A stretch of 39,919 nt of DNA from an uncultured Pirellulales bacterium (GTDB lineage Bacteria > Planctomycetota > Phycisphaerae > Sedimentisphaerales > Anaerobacaceae). The first letter of the stretch is position 1. Each line of letters opens with the position of its first letter. Location: positions 1 through 39,919 of the forward strand of contig CAZIED010000001.1 of the NCBI GenBank assembly GCA_964538525.1, written 5' to 3'. Positions 20,531-29,166 of this stretch are shown in pieces. The notes below the pieces were generated by a model. That model worked only from the letters and a program-made list of their open reading frames with translations, made no database searches and had not been told where the DNA came from. The position numbers were made by a program, and so were the translations under genes.

Positions 20531-22603
20531 ATGGGTGCATTGGATAAAATACGTAATATTGGAATAATAGCTCATATTGACGCCGGCAAGACAACTGTTA
20601 CTGAACGCATACTGTATTATACGGGTAAAACCTACAAGATGGGGGAAGTTCATGAAGGTACAGCCGTCATGGATTATTTGGAAGAAGAACAAAAAAGGGG
20701 CATTACTATTACTTCAGCAGCGACCAAGTGTCCCTGGAAGGATTTTGAAATCAATCTTATAGATACTCCAGGACATATTGATTTTACCGCTGAGGTTGAG
20801 AGGTCGTTGCGGGTTCTCGATGGAGCTGTAGTTGTTTTTGACGGTAGCGAAGGAGTGCAGGCGCAAAGCGAGACGGTCTGGAGGCAGGGACAAAAATATA
20901 ATTTACCTTGTCTTTGCTTTATAAACAAAATGGATAAAACCGGTGCGGATTTCCAGATGAGCGTCGATAGCATTCGGGGAAAACTTCTTGCCAAACCAAT
21001 TCCATTGCAGATACCGATAGGTGAGGAAGACTCATTTGCCGGAATAATAGACATCGTCAGGATGAAGGCAGTTTATTACCAGACTGAAAAGCTCGGAGCT
21101 ACGTTTGAAGAGGCTGAAATCCCTGATAAATTAAGGCCGACTGTAGAGCAGCGAAGACATGATATGATTACTCTTGCCGCTGAATATGATGAAGAGCTGA
21201 TGGACTGCTACGTTCATGATAAAGCGATAAGTGCCGAGATGATAAATAGAGCTGTCAGGTTAGGGACTTTGACCGGCAAGCTCCATCCCGTATTTGCTGG
21301 TTCTGCTTTGAAATATATTGGCGTACAGCGGTTGCTTGATGGTGTTACAGCGTATCTGCCTTCGCCTTTAGAAAAGGCCGTTATTATTGGTCACAAGCCC
21401 AATGATAAGACTAAGACAATACCGGTAAAGTGCGACCCAGACGGCAGTTTGGTTGCTCTTGCATTTAAGATTACCACCGACATGCATGGTGATTTGAGTT
21501 TTTTAAGGATTTATCGGGGCACATTAAAGGTTGGAACAAGGGTTCTAAATACTAATTGCAACAAGCGCGAAAATATTACCCGATTATTCGAGATGCACGC
21601 TGACGAGCGGAAAAATGTGGATTTTGCAAGTGCCGGCGATATTGTAGCGGTTATTGGCCTGAAATACACTCTTACAGGCGATACAGTTTGTGACCCCAAA
21701 AAACCTGTGTGTCTGCCGAGTATCACTTTCCCTCAAACCGTGATTAATATGTCGATAGAACCCAGAACGGCAGCCGAAAAGGCGAAATTGGTAAAAGCAC
21801 TGGCCGTTTTGAAGCGCGAAGACCCGACTTTTGACTATAAAACTGATAGCGAAACCGGCCAGACAATCATCAGCGGTATGGGAGAGCTTCATCTGGAAAT
21901 ACTTCAAAACAAGCTATCTAAGGAAAAAAATGTTGATGTCAGGGTTGGAAAGCCGAGGGTCGCTTATAAAGAAGCAATCACAACATCTGCACAGGCAGAA
22001 GGCAAATTTATACGCCAGACGGGGGGGCATGGCCAATATGGGCATGTTATTATTGAGGTTGAGCCGTTGTTGACGGAAGAGGGTCATTATCGACGCGATA
22101 TTGAATTTGGGGCAAATGTAACAAACGATGTTGTGCCGAGAGGATATGTTGCTGCTGTTGAAAGAGGGGCAAAGGAGGCGTTATGCAGCGGCGTGTTGGC
22201 GGGTTATCCTGTTGTGGGAGTTAAAGTTACGTTAATCGGCGGCTCATATCATTCCGTAGATTCATCAGATTTGGCTTTTGAGCAGGCAGCGGCGATCGCA
22301 ATAGAAAAGGCCCTTAAACAAGCCGTACCTGTACTGCTTGAGCCTATAATGCGGCTGCAAGTGGAAGTTCCAGAGGCTGCTTTTGGAGCGGTACAAGGCA
22401 GTTTGCTTGGAAAACGGGGCATGATAACCGATTGTCGAGTGCATGGAAACATACGTATCTTCGATGCTAAGGTGCCGCTGGCAGAGATGTTCGGCTATTC
22501 CAGCGAGATTAGGAGCTTGACGGCCGGCAGGGGTACTTTCACCATGGAGCCGTTGAGCTATGAAAAGATTCCAGAACAGATTGCAAGGCAGATAATTCTT
22601 TAA
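20531..22603 (+). CDS. fusA: Elongation factor G
   Basis: 690 aa; IRNIGIIAHIDAGKTTVTERILYYTG, DTPGHIDF and NKMDK GTPase motifs, plus a conserved EF-G C-terminal part (GELHLEI..., FGYSSEIRSLTAGRGTFTMEP). Confidence 0.97.
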   Translation: MGALDKIRNIGIIAHIDAGKTTVTERILYYTGKTYKMGEVHEGTAVMDYLEEEQKRGITITSAATKCPWKDFEINLIDTPGHIDFTAEVERSLRVLDGAVVVFDGSEGVQAQSETVWRQGQKYNLPCLCFINKMDKTGADFQMSVDSIRGKLLAKPIPLQIPIGEEDSFAGIIDIVRMKAVYYQTEKLGATFEEAEIPDKLRPTVEQRRHDMITLAAEYDEELMDCYVHDKAISAEMINRAVRLGTLTGKLHPVFAGSALKYIGVQRLLDGVTAYLPSPLEKAVIIGHKPNDKTKTIPVKCDPDGSLVALAFKITTDMHGDLSFLRIYRGTLKVGTRVLNTNCNKRENITRLFEMHADERKNVDFASAGDIVAVIGLKYTLTGDTVCDPKKPVCLPSITFPQTVINMSIEPRTAAEKAKLVKALAVLKREDPTFDYKTDSETGQTIISGMGELHLEILQNKLSKEKNVDVRVGKPRVAYKEAITTSAQAEGKFIRQTGGHGQYGHVIIEVEPLLTEEGHYRRDIEFGANVTNDVVPRGYVAAVERGAKEALCSGVLAGYPVVGVKVTLIGGSYHSVDSSDLAFEQAAAIAIEKALKQAVPVLLEPIMRLQVEVPEAAFGAVQGSLLGKRGMITDCRVHGNIRIFDAKVPLAEMFGYSSEIRSLTAGRGTFTMEPLSYEKIPEQIARQIIL

Positions 22604-22609
22604 AAAAAT

Positions 22610-22649
22610 ATTGATATTTTTTACATTTAATTGATATTTTTTACATTTA
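22610..22649 (+). repeat. Perfect 2 x 20-nt tandem direct repeat (ATTGATATTTTTTACATTTA) just after the fusA stop
   Basis: 22610-22629 and 22630-22649 are identical by direct reading. Confidence 0.9.
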
Positions 22650-22672
22650 TTTTAATATTTCTGTCGATTTTA

Positions 22673-22701
22673 TTGACAAAGATTGTTTTATGTGTTAGGT
22701 T
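22673..22701 (+). promoter_or_regulatory. Candidate S10-operon promoter
   Basis: Consensus TTGACA (22673-22678), a 17-nt spacer, then TAGGTT (22696-22701). It follows an AT-rich repeat region that could act as an UP element. It would give a ~340-nt leader before rpsJ. Pattern match only. Confidence 0.25.
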
Positions 22702-23049
22702 TATAACTTTTCAGCTTTAGCGAGCATAGCAATGGGTTGCTATGCGTAACAAGTTGAGCTGTGGCATATCTGTGTTTTGCCGGCTAAATTAGTGGACAAA
22801 ATATTCTATATCGGGGTGCACCAAAGATTGTGGAAGATTGCTTTGGTGGGATTAAAAGAAGGTCCTACCCCAAACTCTTAAGGAAGGCAAAGATAGTTGA
22901 TTGTGTCCGAGAATAAAATAAGAGCATCTGGAAGATGATGAGCAATAATCAATGGTCCAAGGCCTTTCCTGCCAAAGAATAACCGAAATGTAAATTGTGG
23001 TTAGCTTGGAAACTATACATAAACAGGTAGGCGAGCATAAGGTAACGTT

Positions 23050-23364
23050 ATGGCTGCTGAAAGTGAAAGAATAAGAATCAGGATGGAAGCTTACGACCAC
23101 CGGACACTTGATGCGTCCGCCAAGGAGATAGTTGAGCACGCACGCAGAACCAATGCTCGTGTTAGTGGCCCGGTGCCTTTGCCTACGAGGATTGAGAGAT
23201 ACACCGTGCTGCGCAGCCCTCACATCGACAAGAAATCGCGAGAGCAATTTGAATTGAGAACGCATAAACGTTTGATTGATATTTACGAGGCCAACACACG
23301 AACAGCCGAAGTCTTGAACCGTTTGGTTGTGCCAGCCGGTGTATTTGTAAAGATTAAGGTTTGA
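23050..23364 (+). CDS. rpsJ: 30S ribosomal protein S10
   Basis: 104 aa; [40 protein letters not shown]...[27 protein letters not shown] is canonical S10. Confidence 0.96.
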   Translation: MAAESERIRIRMEAYDHRTLDASAKEIVEHARRTNARVSGPVPLPTRIERYTVLRSPHIDKKSREQFELRTHKRLIDIYEANTRTAEVLNRLVVPAGVFVKIKV

Positions 23365-23408
23365 GTTGTGGCGTCAAGGAATTGGATGCAGGCAACGGAC
23401 GATAAGAT

Positions 23409-24056
23409 ATGGCAATGATATTGGGCAAAAAAGTTGGTATGACGCAGATTTATGACGAAGCAGTCAGGCTGATGCCTGTCACGGTTATACAAGCTGGCCC
23501 ATGTACGATTATGCAGGTAAAGAAGACCGAGAAAGATGGTTATACCGCTATTCAACTGGGTTATGACGATGTCAAAGAATCGCGCAGGAAAAAGCCTCAG
23601 ATAGGACGTGCTAAAAAAGCTCATACGCAACCCAAGAAGTTTGTCAGAGAGATGCGTCTGGCTGGCGATAGTGAGCTAAAATACAAAATTGGAGATTCTA
23701 TAACGGTTTCTGTCTTTAAGGAGAATGAGTTAGTTGATGTTGTCGGTACGAGCAAGGGCAAAGGTTTTGCCGGTGTGATGAAAAGGCATGGCTTCGCAGG
23801 CTTTCCTGCTTCTCACGGGACCGAACGAAAACACAGAGCGCCAGGTTCAATAGCGAGCTTTACAAGCAATCGAGGCCAAGGTAGTGGGCCCAAAAAAGGC
23901 AAGAAAATGGCGGGTCACATGGGCAATCGCAGGGTAACGGTAAAAAATCATAGATTGCTGGCGATCGACCAGGAGAAAAATCTTTTAGTGATAAAGGGCG
24001 CTGTGCCGGGTCCGGCAGGCGGTTATTGTATTGTTCGTAGTGCCAAGAAGGCTTAA
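23409..24056 (+). CDS. rplC: 50S ribosomal protein L3
   Basis: 215 aa; ILGKKVGMTQIYDE...VTVIQAGPC...GKGFAGVMKRHGF.G.PASHG is the L3 pattern. The start could be the second ATG at 23415. Confidence 0.95.
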   Translation: MAMILGKKVGMTQIYDEAVRLMPVTVIQAGPCTIMQVKKTEKDGYTAIQLGYDDVKESRRKKPQIGRAKKAHTQPKKFVREMRLAGDSELKYKIGDSITVSVFKENELVDVVGTSKGKGFAGVMKRHGFAGFPASHGTERKHRAPGSIASFTSNRGQGSGPKKGKKMAGHMGNRRVTVKNHRLLAIDQEKNLLVIKGAVPGPAGGYCIVRSAKKA

Positions 24057-24079
24057 AGAATCGGAGAACAGCAATTGGA

Positions 24080-24745
24080 ATGATTGAGCTGGCAGTTTAC
24101 AACTCCAGTGGTCAAGAGGTTGAAAGCTTAAAGGTTGAGGAATCTGCCTTCGGCGGTGTGGTCAGATACTTGTTACTTAAGCAGGCCATCGTTATGTACC
24201 ACGCTAATAAACACTTGGGAACAGCCGCGACAAAGAGCAGAGGCATGGTGGAAGGCTCAACCAGAAAGCTCTATCGGCAAAAACATACCGGTTTTGCCCG
24301 TGCTGGAACTGTCAGGACAGGCAAGCGAGTTGGAGGCGGTGTTACGTTCGCTAAGATTGCCAGAGATTTCGGCAAAAGTATGCCCAAAAAGCAGAGAAGA
24401 TTAGCCAGAGATTCGGCGATATTGGCAAAGCTTTTAAGTAATAATGTTGTGGTAGTAGATGGGCTAAAGTTTGAAAAGCCCAGGACAAAAGATTTTGTGA
24501 ACGTTCTCAGTAATCTGAAGATAGACAGAAGCTGTCTGGTGGCTGTTGACGACTATGACAAAAATATTTATAGGTCGGCAAGGAACGTCCCGAGAATAGC
24601 CATTATGCCTGTTGCTGAACTAAACGCGGGGGATATCTGCACGCATCAGAAGATGTTGTTCACTAAAGAAGCGTTTTTATCTGTTTTGAATAAGGAATAC
24701 AGAATTCAGGATGCAGAAGACAGAATACAGAATTATGACTCCTAA
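24080..24745 (+). CDS. rplD: 50S ribosomal protein L4
   Basis: 221 aa; ...TKSRG.V.GS.RK.YRQKHTG.AR.G..R.....GGGV.F is the L4 loop region. Positioned between rplC and rplW. Confidence 0.93.
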   Translation: MIELAVYNSSGQEVESLKVEESAFGGVVRYLLLKQAIVMYHANKHLGTAATKSRGMVEGSTRKLYRQKHTGFARAGTVRTGKRVGGGVTFAKIARDFGKSMPKKQRRLARDSAILAKLLSNNVVVVDGLKFEKPRTKDFVNVLSNLKIDRSCLVAVDDYDKNIYRSARNVPRIAIMPVAELNAGDICTHQKMLFTKEAFLSVLNKEYRIQDAEDRIQNYDS

Positions 24746-24769
24746 TTTCTGTCAACGATTAGGTTTTCG

Positions 24770-25048
24770 ATGGATGAATACAATATAATAATTCGGCCGT
24801 TGATTACAGAACAAGGGATTCATTTTGCCAATGTCAAGGGTGCGTATTCCTTTGAGGTAAATAAAGGAGCAAATAAAACCCAAATAAAAGGAGCCATAGA
24901 GAAAATATACGGTGTTAGGGTTCGCAAGGTTGGAACTGCCAACCGAAAAGGCAAGCACCGCCGAAGGGGCCGGATTATCGGGCAAAAGCCGAGCTGGAAG
25001 AAGGCTGTTGTGTATTTGGAACCGGATTATCATATCGATTTATTCTGA
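24770..25048 (+). CDS. rplW: 50S ribosomal protein L23
   Basis: 92 aa; IIIRPLITEQG......YSFEV...ANKTQIKGAIEKIYGV.V..V....RKGK..R.G......WKKA.V.L is the L23 pattern. Confidence 0.93.
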   Translation: MDEYNIIIRPLITEQGIHFANVKGAYSFEVNKGANKTQIKGAIEKIYGVRVRKVGTANRKGKHRRRGRIIGQKPSWKKAVVYLEPDYHIDLF

Positions 25049-25057
25049 GTGTGAATT

Positions 25058-25909
25058 ATGGGTATTCGAATATATAGACCTACAAGTCCCGGACGCAGAA
25101 ATAGTTCGGTGAATGATTATGCCGAGTTAACGGTCACCGAGCCTGAGAAGTCACTTTGTATGCGGCTGACCAGGAGCGGCGGTCGAAATCACCGTGGTAT
25201 AACCACTACTCGCTTTATAGGTGGTGGAGCAAGAAAGATATACCGTATCATTGATTTTAAGCGCGATAAGGACGGCATCCCGGCTAAAGTGGCAACCATC
25301 GAATATGATCCCAACAGAAACTGTTTTATATCTCTGCTGAATTATGTTGATGGAGAGAAAAGGTATATTTTGTCACCACAGGGTTTAAAGGTGGGAGATA
25401 AGGTGACAAGTGGCCCATCATGTGAACCTAAAACCGGCAATGCGATGCCTCTGGAGGTAATACCTTCCGGCTTGGAAGTTCATAATATTGAAATGATTGC
25501 CGGCCAAGGTGGAAAGCTGGTCAGAGGCGCCGGCGGCGCTGCGAAAATCGTGGCTAAAGAAGGCGATTGGGTTACTCTGGTTTTGCCCAGCGGCGAAATG
25601 CGTATGGTACGTAAAGAATGCAGAGCTACAATAGGTCAGCTAAGCAACTCAGACTACCAGAATATAAGCTGGGGAAAAGCCGGCAGAACACGATATATCG
25701 GCCGCAGACCCCATGTCAGAGGCAAGGCGCAGAATCCGGTTTCACACCCCATGGGTGGTGGTGAAGGCCGATCAAACGGCGGGCGACATCCATGTTCGCC
25801 TACAGGAGTGCTGGCTAAAGGTGGAAAGACCAGAAATCCGAGAAAACCGAGTAACCAGAGGATAATCAGAAGACGAAAAACCAAAAAGCAAAAACAGTTG
25901 GCTCTTTAA
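25058..25909 (+). CDS. rplB: 50S ribosomal protein L2
   Basis: 283 aa; [14 protein letters not shown]...GGRN..G.ITTR..GGG....YR.IDF.R......A.V..IEYDPNR...I.L...[10 protein letters not shown]...GD...SG; ...HPMGGGEGR is the L2 pattern. Confidence 0.96.
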   Translation: MGIRIYRPTSPGRRNSSVNDYAELTVTEPEKSLCMRLTRSGGRNHRGITTTRFIGGGARKIYRIIDFKRDKDGIPAKVATIEYDPNRNCFISLLNYVDGEKRYILSPQGLKVGDKVTSGPSCEPKTGNAMPLEVIPSGLEVHNIEMIAGQGGKLVRGAGGAAKIVAKEGDWVTLVLPSGEMRMVRKECRATIGQLSNSDYQNISWGKAGRTRYIGRRPHVRGKAQNPVSHPMGGGEGRSNGGRHPCSPTGVLAKGGKTRNPRKPSNQRIIRRRKTKKQKQLAL

Positions 25910-25956
25910 AGTGTAGAATGCGCTCAAAAAGCGAACTGCATAATATGGGATGAAAG

Positions 25957-26226
25957 ATGGGACGATCGCTCAAAAAAGGACCGTTCGTTGAAGAGAAGTT
26001 GTTTGTCAAGGTGAACAAGCAAACTGCCGCCGGCTCAAAGGAGCCGATAAAGACCTGGTCAAGAAGATGTACTATAGTTCCCGAATTCGTCGGTTTTACC
26101 TTTTTGGTTCATAATGGAAAAGTCTTTAATAAAGTTTTTGTTACCGAAGATATGGTAGGGCACAGGCTGGGTGAGTTTTCTCTCACAAGGACATTTAGAG
26201 GTCATTCAAGCAAGAAAATAAAGTAA
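25957..26226 (+). CDS. rpsS: 30S ribosomal protein S19
   Basis: 89 aa; [11 protein letters not shown]...[40 protein letters not shown] is canonical S19. Confidence 0.96.
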   Translation: MGRSLKKGPFVEEKLFVKVNKQTAAGSKEPIKTWSRRCTIVPEFVGFTFLVHNGKVFNKVFVTEDMVGHRLGEFSLTRTFRGHSSKKIK

Positions 26227-26272
26227 GTAAGTTCGTTAGTCAAGCTGGGTGGCTGACTGCGGAATATAAGAT

Positions 26273-26821
26273 ATGCTAAGTGCTGATAAGTTAAAAGAGC
26301 TGTGCAGACAAAGACAGGCAAATGTTGAACAATTAGCCGGCCAGCTTATCGGAGGAGAGTTCGACAGGAAAAGGGCGACGGCAGCCATCAAGAATTGGCA
26401 AAAGGGGCTTTTGAAGCCTATTCCCCGCAAAGAAGATATTCAACGATTAGCAACAGCCTTGTCGGTTGAGAAGAATGATTTGCTGGTTTGGCACTCATCA
26501 TATCGCTATGCTCCGGTTTCGGCTCGCAAAGCAAGGCTCGTCACGCAGTTAATAGAGGACCGTGGTGTCAAGGATGCGATGGATATCTTGAAATTCACGA
26601 GGAAACGAGCCGCCGGGATGGTTGATAAAGTCCTGAAAAGTGCCGTTGCGGATGCTGATGAGCAGCAGGCTGATGTAGATAATTTGTATGTCAGTGAAGC
26701 ACGTGTTGACGATGCAGGATGGCGTATGGGTACAAAAAGGTTTATGGAGAAAGACCGAGGCAGGGCACATGCTATTCGTAAAACGGCCTGTCATATACAT
26801 ATAACGGTTTCTCAGGTTTGA
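26273..26821 (+). CDS. rplV: 50S ribosomal protein L22 with an atypical ~75-aa N-terminal extension (HTH-like)
   Basis: 182 aa. The L22 core YRYAPVSARKARLVTQLIEDRGVKDAMDILKFT.KRAA..V.KVLKSAVA.A... begins only at about residue 77. The upstream 75 aa are in the same open frame from ATG 26273. The only alternative in-frame start near the core is TTG at 26480. Confidence 0.85.
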   Translation: MLSADKLKELCRQRQANVEQLAGQLIGGEFDRKRATAAIKNWQKGLLKPIPRKEDIQRLATALSVEKNDLLVWHSSYRYAPVSARKARLVTQLIEDRGVKDAMDILKFTRKRAAGMVDKVLKSAVADADEQQADVDNLYVSEARVDDAGWRMGTKRFMEKDRGRAHAIRKTACHIHITVSQV

Positions 26822-26858
26822 AATGTAACGGGAAAAGGTAGAGATGTATTAAAAAATT

Positions 26859-27641
26859 ATGGGTCAAAAAACGTCACCAATCGGTTTTAGAACGGGAATA
26901 ACGCTCGGATGGCAGAGTACTTGGTTTGCATCTAAGGCTAATTTCGGTGATTTTCTCGTCGAAGACCAAAAAATTCGTAAGTATATTGATCAGAAGCTCA
27001 ACCGTCAGCTGCCTAAAGGGGCGGTTGCGAAAGTTGAAATAATAAGGACACGCAATGAAGTAAATGTCACGCTGCATAGTGCTCGGCCCGGCGTGGTCAT
27101 TGGGCCCAGAGGTGGAGAGGTTGATAAATTACGAGAGGAGCTCCAGACGCTTACAGGTCGGAAAGTTACAGTCAACGTTATTGAGATAAAAGAGCCGGAC
27201 TTAAGTGCCGTTTTAGTTGCCGAGGCGATTGCAGAACAATTAGCCAAAAGAGCATCATTTAGGCGCATGATGAAACAATTTTGTGAGGCAGCTATGAATG
27301 CAGGTGCCAAGGGGGTTAAAATTATTTGCTCCGGTCGATTAGCAGGTTCTGAAATGGCCCGCAGAGAAACACAAAAAATGGGAAGCATTCCTCTGCATAC
27401 ATTAGATGCTAATGTGGATTACGGCGTAGCGACGGCGCGTACAACGTATGGAGCTATCGGTGTTAAAGTTTGGATTTATAAAGGAAAATTTGGAGAAGAA
27501 ACCGGGCAGGATGTACGTAGTAAGGTTCGGCCTCCAAGACGTACGGACTTTGCACCGAGTGACACTGCGGGGCCCAAAGCTGCACCTGTGAATCCACAGA
27601 AAGCGACAGATAGTCATAGTAGTGAGTCCAATACGGGTTGA
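26859..27641 (+). CDS. rpsC: 30S ribosomal protein S3
   Basis: 260 aa; MGQKTSPIGFR.G....W.S.WFA...F...L.ED.KIR.YI; KH domain ...RPG.VIG.RG.E...L; ...GRL.G.EMAR is the S3 pattern. It has a ~45-aa Pro/Ser-rich C-terminal tail. Confidence 0.95.
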   Translation: MGQKTSPIGFRTGITLGWQSTWFASKANFGDFLVEDQKIRKYIDQKLNRQLPKGAVAKVEIIRTRNEVNVTLHSARPGVVIGPRGGEVDKLREELQTLTGRKVTVNVIEIKEPDLSAVLVAEAIAEQLAKRASFRRMMKQFCEAAMNAGAKGVKIICSGRLAGSEMARRETQKMGSIPLHTLDANVDYGVATARTTYGAIGVKVWIYKGKFGEETGQDVRSKVRPPRRTDFAPSDTAGPKAAPVNPQKATDSHSSESNTG

Positions 27642-27711
27642 AACTTTTTTATCGTGAGCAGGTAATGGCTGGTGGAGAAAGGCTGTTTGTTGTCGTAAGG
27701 GTTGAATAAAA

Positions 27712-28131
27712 ATGGCAATGATGCCCAAAAGAGTTAAGTATCGTAAGAGCCAGCGCGGCAGAATGAAGTGCAATGCCGCCAGATGCAATTATGTTGCTTT
27801 TGGGGAGTACGGTTTACAGGCTTTGGAAACAAGCTGGATAAGTGCCAAGAATATCGAGGCGGGACGAGTTGCAGCGACTCATTTTCTTCATCGTGAAGGT
27901 AAGGTCTATCTTAGGATATTTCCATATAAGCCGGTGAGTGCAAAGCCGCTGGAGACCCGAATGGGTAAAGGAAAGGGAGAGCCTGCTTTTTGGGTGGCAA
28001 GGGTCAGAGCGGGACAAGTTTGCTTTGAAATAGGGGGGGTAAGTGAGGATGTAGCAAAGCAGGCGTTGCTCAGAGTCGCACATAAAATGCCGATTAAGTG
28101 CAGGTTTGTTAAGCGAAGACATTCTTTGTGA
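27712..28131 (+). CDS. rplP: 50S ribosomal protein L16
   Basis: 139 aa; [19 protein letters not shown]...[13 protein letters not shown]....IEA.R.A.T.......[22 protein letters not shown] is the L16 pattern. Confidence 0.95.
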   Translation: MAMMPKRVKYRKSQRGRMKCNAARCNYVAFGEYGLQALETSWISAKNIEAGRVAATHFLHREGKVYLRIFPYKPVSAKPLETRMGKGKGEPAFWVARVRAGQVCFEIGGVSEDVAKQALLRVAHKMPIKCRFVKRRHSL

Positions 28132-28145
28132 AAAGGAAGCTTCAG

Positions 28146-28331
28146 ATGAAAGCGAAACAATACCGCGAAATGAGACATGATGAGCTTGAGAGCACAGTGC
28201 AGGAAATGCAAAAGCATCTGTTTGATTTGTGTTCGCAGGCAGTTACAGAGAAACTGGAGAATTCCAAGGCCATACGTAACGTCAGACGCGATATTGCCAG
28301 GATTAAAACTGTAATGCGTGAACATAAATGA
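28146..28331 (+). CDS. rpmC: 50S ribosomal protein L29
   Basis: MKAKQYREMRHDELESTVQEMQKHLFDLCSQAVTEKLENSKAIRNVRRDIARIKTVMRE is the L29 pattern. ATG 28146 follows an AAGGAAG Shine-Dalgarno-like sequence. The alternative GTG 28128 overlaps the rplP stop and would add 6 aa. Confidence 0.88.
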   Translation: MKAKQYREMRHDELESTVQEMQKHLFDLCSQAVTEKLENSKAIRNVRRDIARIKTVMREHK

Positions 28332-28368
28332 GGCTTTGTTGCAGGTGATTAACCCTGGGTAATTAAAG

Positions 28369-28635
28369 ATGCAGGAACAAAAATCAAAAATCTTAACGGC
28401 CAAAGTGATAGGCAACAGTGGCAGCAAAAGTATTAAAGTTGCTATCGATTATAAGTTTAAACATCCAAAGTACGGCAAATACATAAAGCGCAGAACCAAA
28501 CTGAGCGTACACGACGAACGCAACCAAGCCGGCGTTGGCGACCTTGTTGAAATTGTGCAGTGTCGTCCTTACAGCAAGACCAAGAGCTGGCGTCTTTATA
28601 AAATTGTGACAAAAGCATCTCAGATTGAGTCGTAA
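28369..28635 (+). CDS. rpsQ: 30S ribosomal protein S17
   Basis: 88 aa; ...GKVIGNSG.KSI.V.ID....HP.YGK.I.R..K...HDE.N....GD.VEI..CRP.SK.K.WRL is the S17 pattern. Confidence 0.94.
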   Translation: MQEQKSKILTAKVIGNSGSKSIKVAIDYKFKHPKYGKYIKRRTKLSVHDERNQAGVGDLVEIVQCRPYSKTKSWRLYKIVTKASQIES

Positions 28636-28692
28636 TAGTATAATTTTTGAAGGAAGCACAAAATAGGAATGTGATGATGCGGGAATAGTAAC

Positions 28693-29079
28693 GTGATTCA
28701 GCAGGAAACAATGTTGGATATAGCCGACAATTCAGGTGTCAAGTCGGCATTGTGTATCAGGGTTCATGGCAAAGGCTCTAAGCGTGGCAAAATGACCAGG
28801 GCTGCCGGCACGGTTGGGGACGTTCTTTCTGTTGCTATCAAAAAGGTGTTGCCGACCTGCCAGTTAGACCGCAAAAAAGTACATAAATGTGTTATTATTC
28901 GTACCAAGTTTCCCTTGAGACGGCCTGACGGCAGCTATGTGAGGTTTGACAGCAATGCTGCGGTGATGATTGATAATGAAGGTAATCCCATCGGAACGAG
29001 GATTTTCGGTGCGGTTGCGCGTGAGCTGCGAGAGAAGAACTATATGAAGATTATCTCTCTGGCAGCAGAGGTTGTATGA
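28693..29079 (+). CDS. rplN: 50S ribosomal protein L14
   Basis: 128 aa with a GTG start; [24 protein letters not shown]...[51 protein letters not shown] is the L14 pattern. Confidence 0.95.
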   Translation: MIQQETMLDIADNSGVKSALCIRVHGKGSKRGKMTRAAGTVGDVLSVAIKKVLPTCQLDRKKVHKCVIIRTKFPLRRPDGSYVRFDSNAAVMIDNEGNPIGTRIFGAVARELREKNYMKIISLAAEVV

Positions 29080-29129
29080 AAGTGCAAAATGAAAAAATCA
29101 AGATGCAAAATGAAGGACAACGTAATTTC

Positions 29130-29157
29130 GATATTTAATTTTTGATATTTAATTTTT
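29130..29157 (+). repeat. Perfect 2 x 14-nt tandem direct repeat (GATATTTAATTTTT) in the rplN-rplX spacer
   Basis: 29130-29143 and 29144-29157 are identical. The same spacer also has TGCAAAATGAA twice (29083-29093 and 29104-29114). Confidence 0.9.
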
Positions 29158-29166
29158 TATTTAGGC

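Noticed and set aside
22610-22649. Tandem 20-nt repeat considered as a minimal CRISPR or minisatellite
   Set aside because: There are only two directly abutting copies with no spacers and no cas genes. It is AT-rich promoter-proximal DNA, so I recorded it as a simple tandem duplication.
22852-23265. 137-aa minus-strand ORF reaching into the long fusA-rpsJ spacer, considered as a possible divergent gene explaining the 446-nt gap
   Set aside because: More than half of it is antisense to rpsJ. It has no motif, no Shine-Dalgarno, and runs opposite to a 33-kb co-directional block. The spacer is better explained as a leader or promoter region.
27005-28427. Minus-strand ORFs of 102 to 173 aa opposite rpsC, rplP and rpmC
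   Set aside because: They are shadow ORFs antisense to conserved ribosomal-protein genes.
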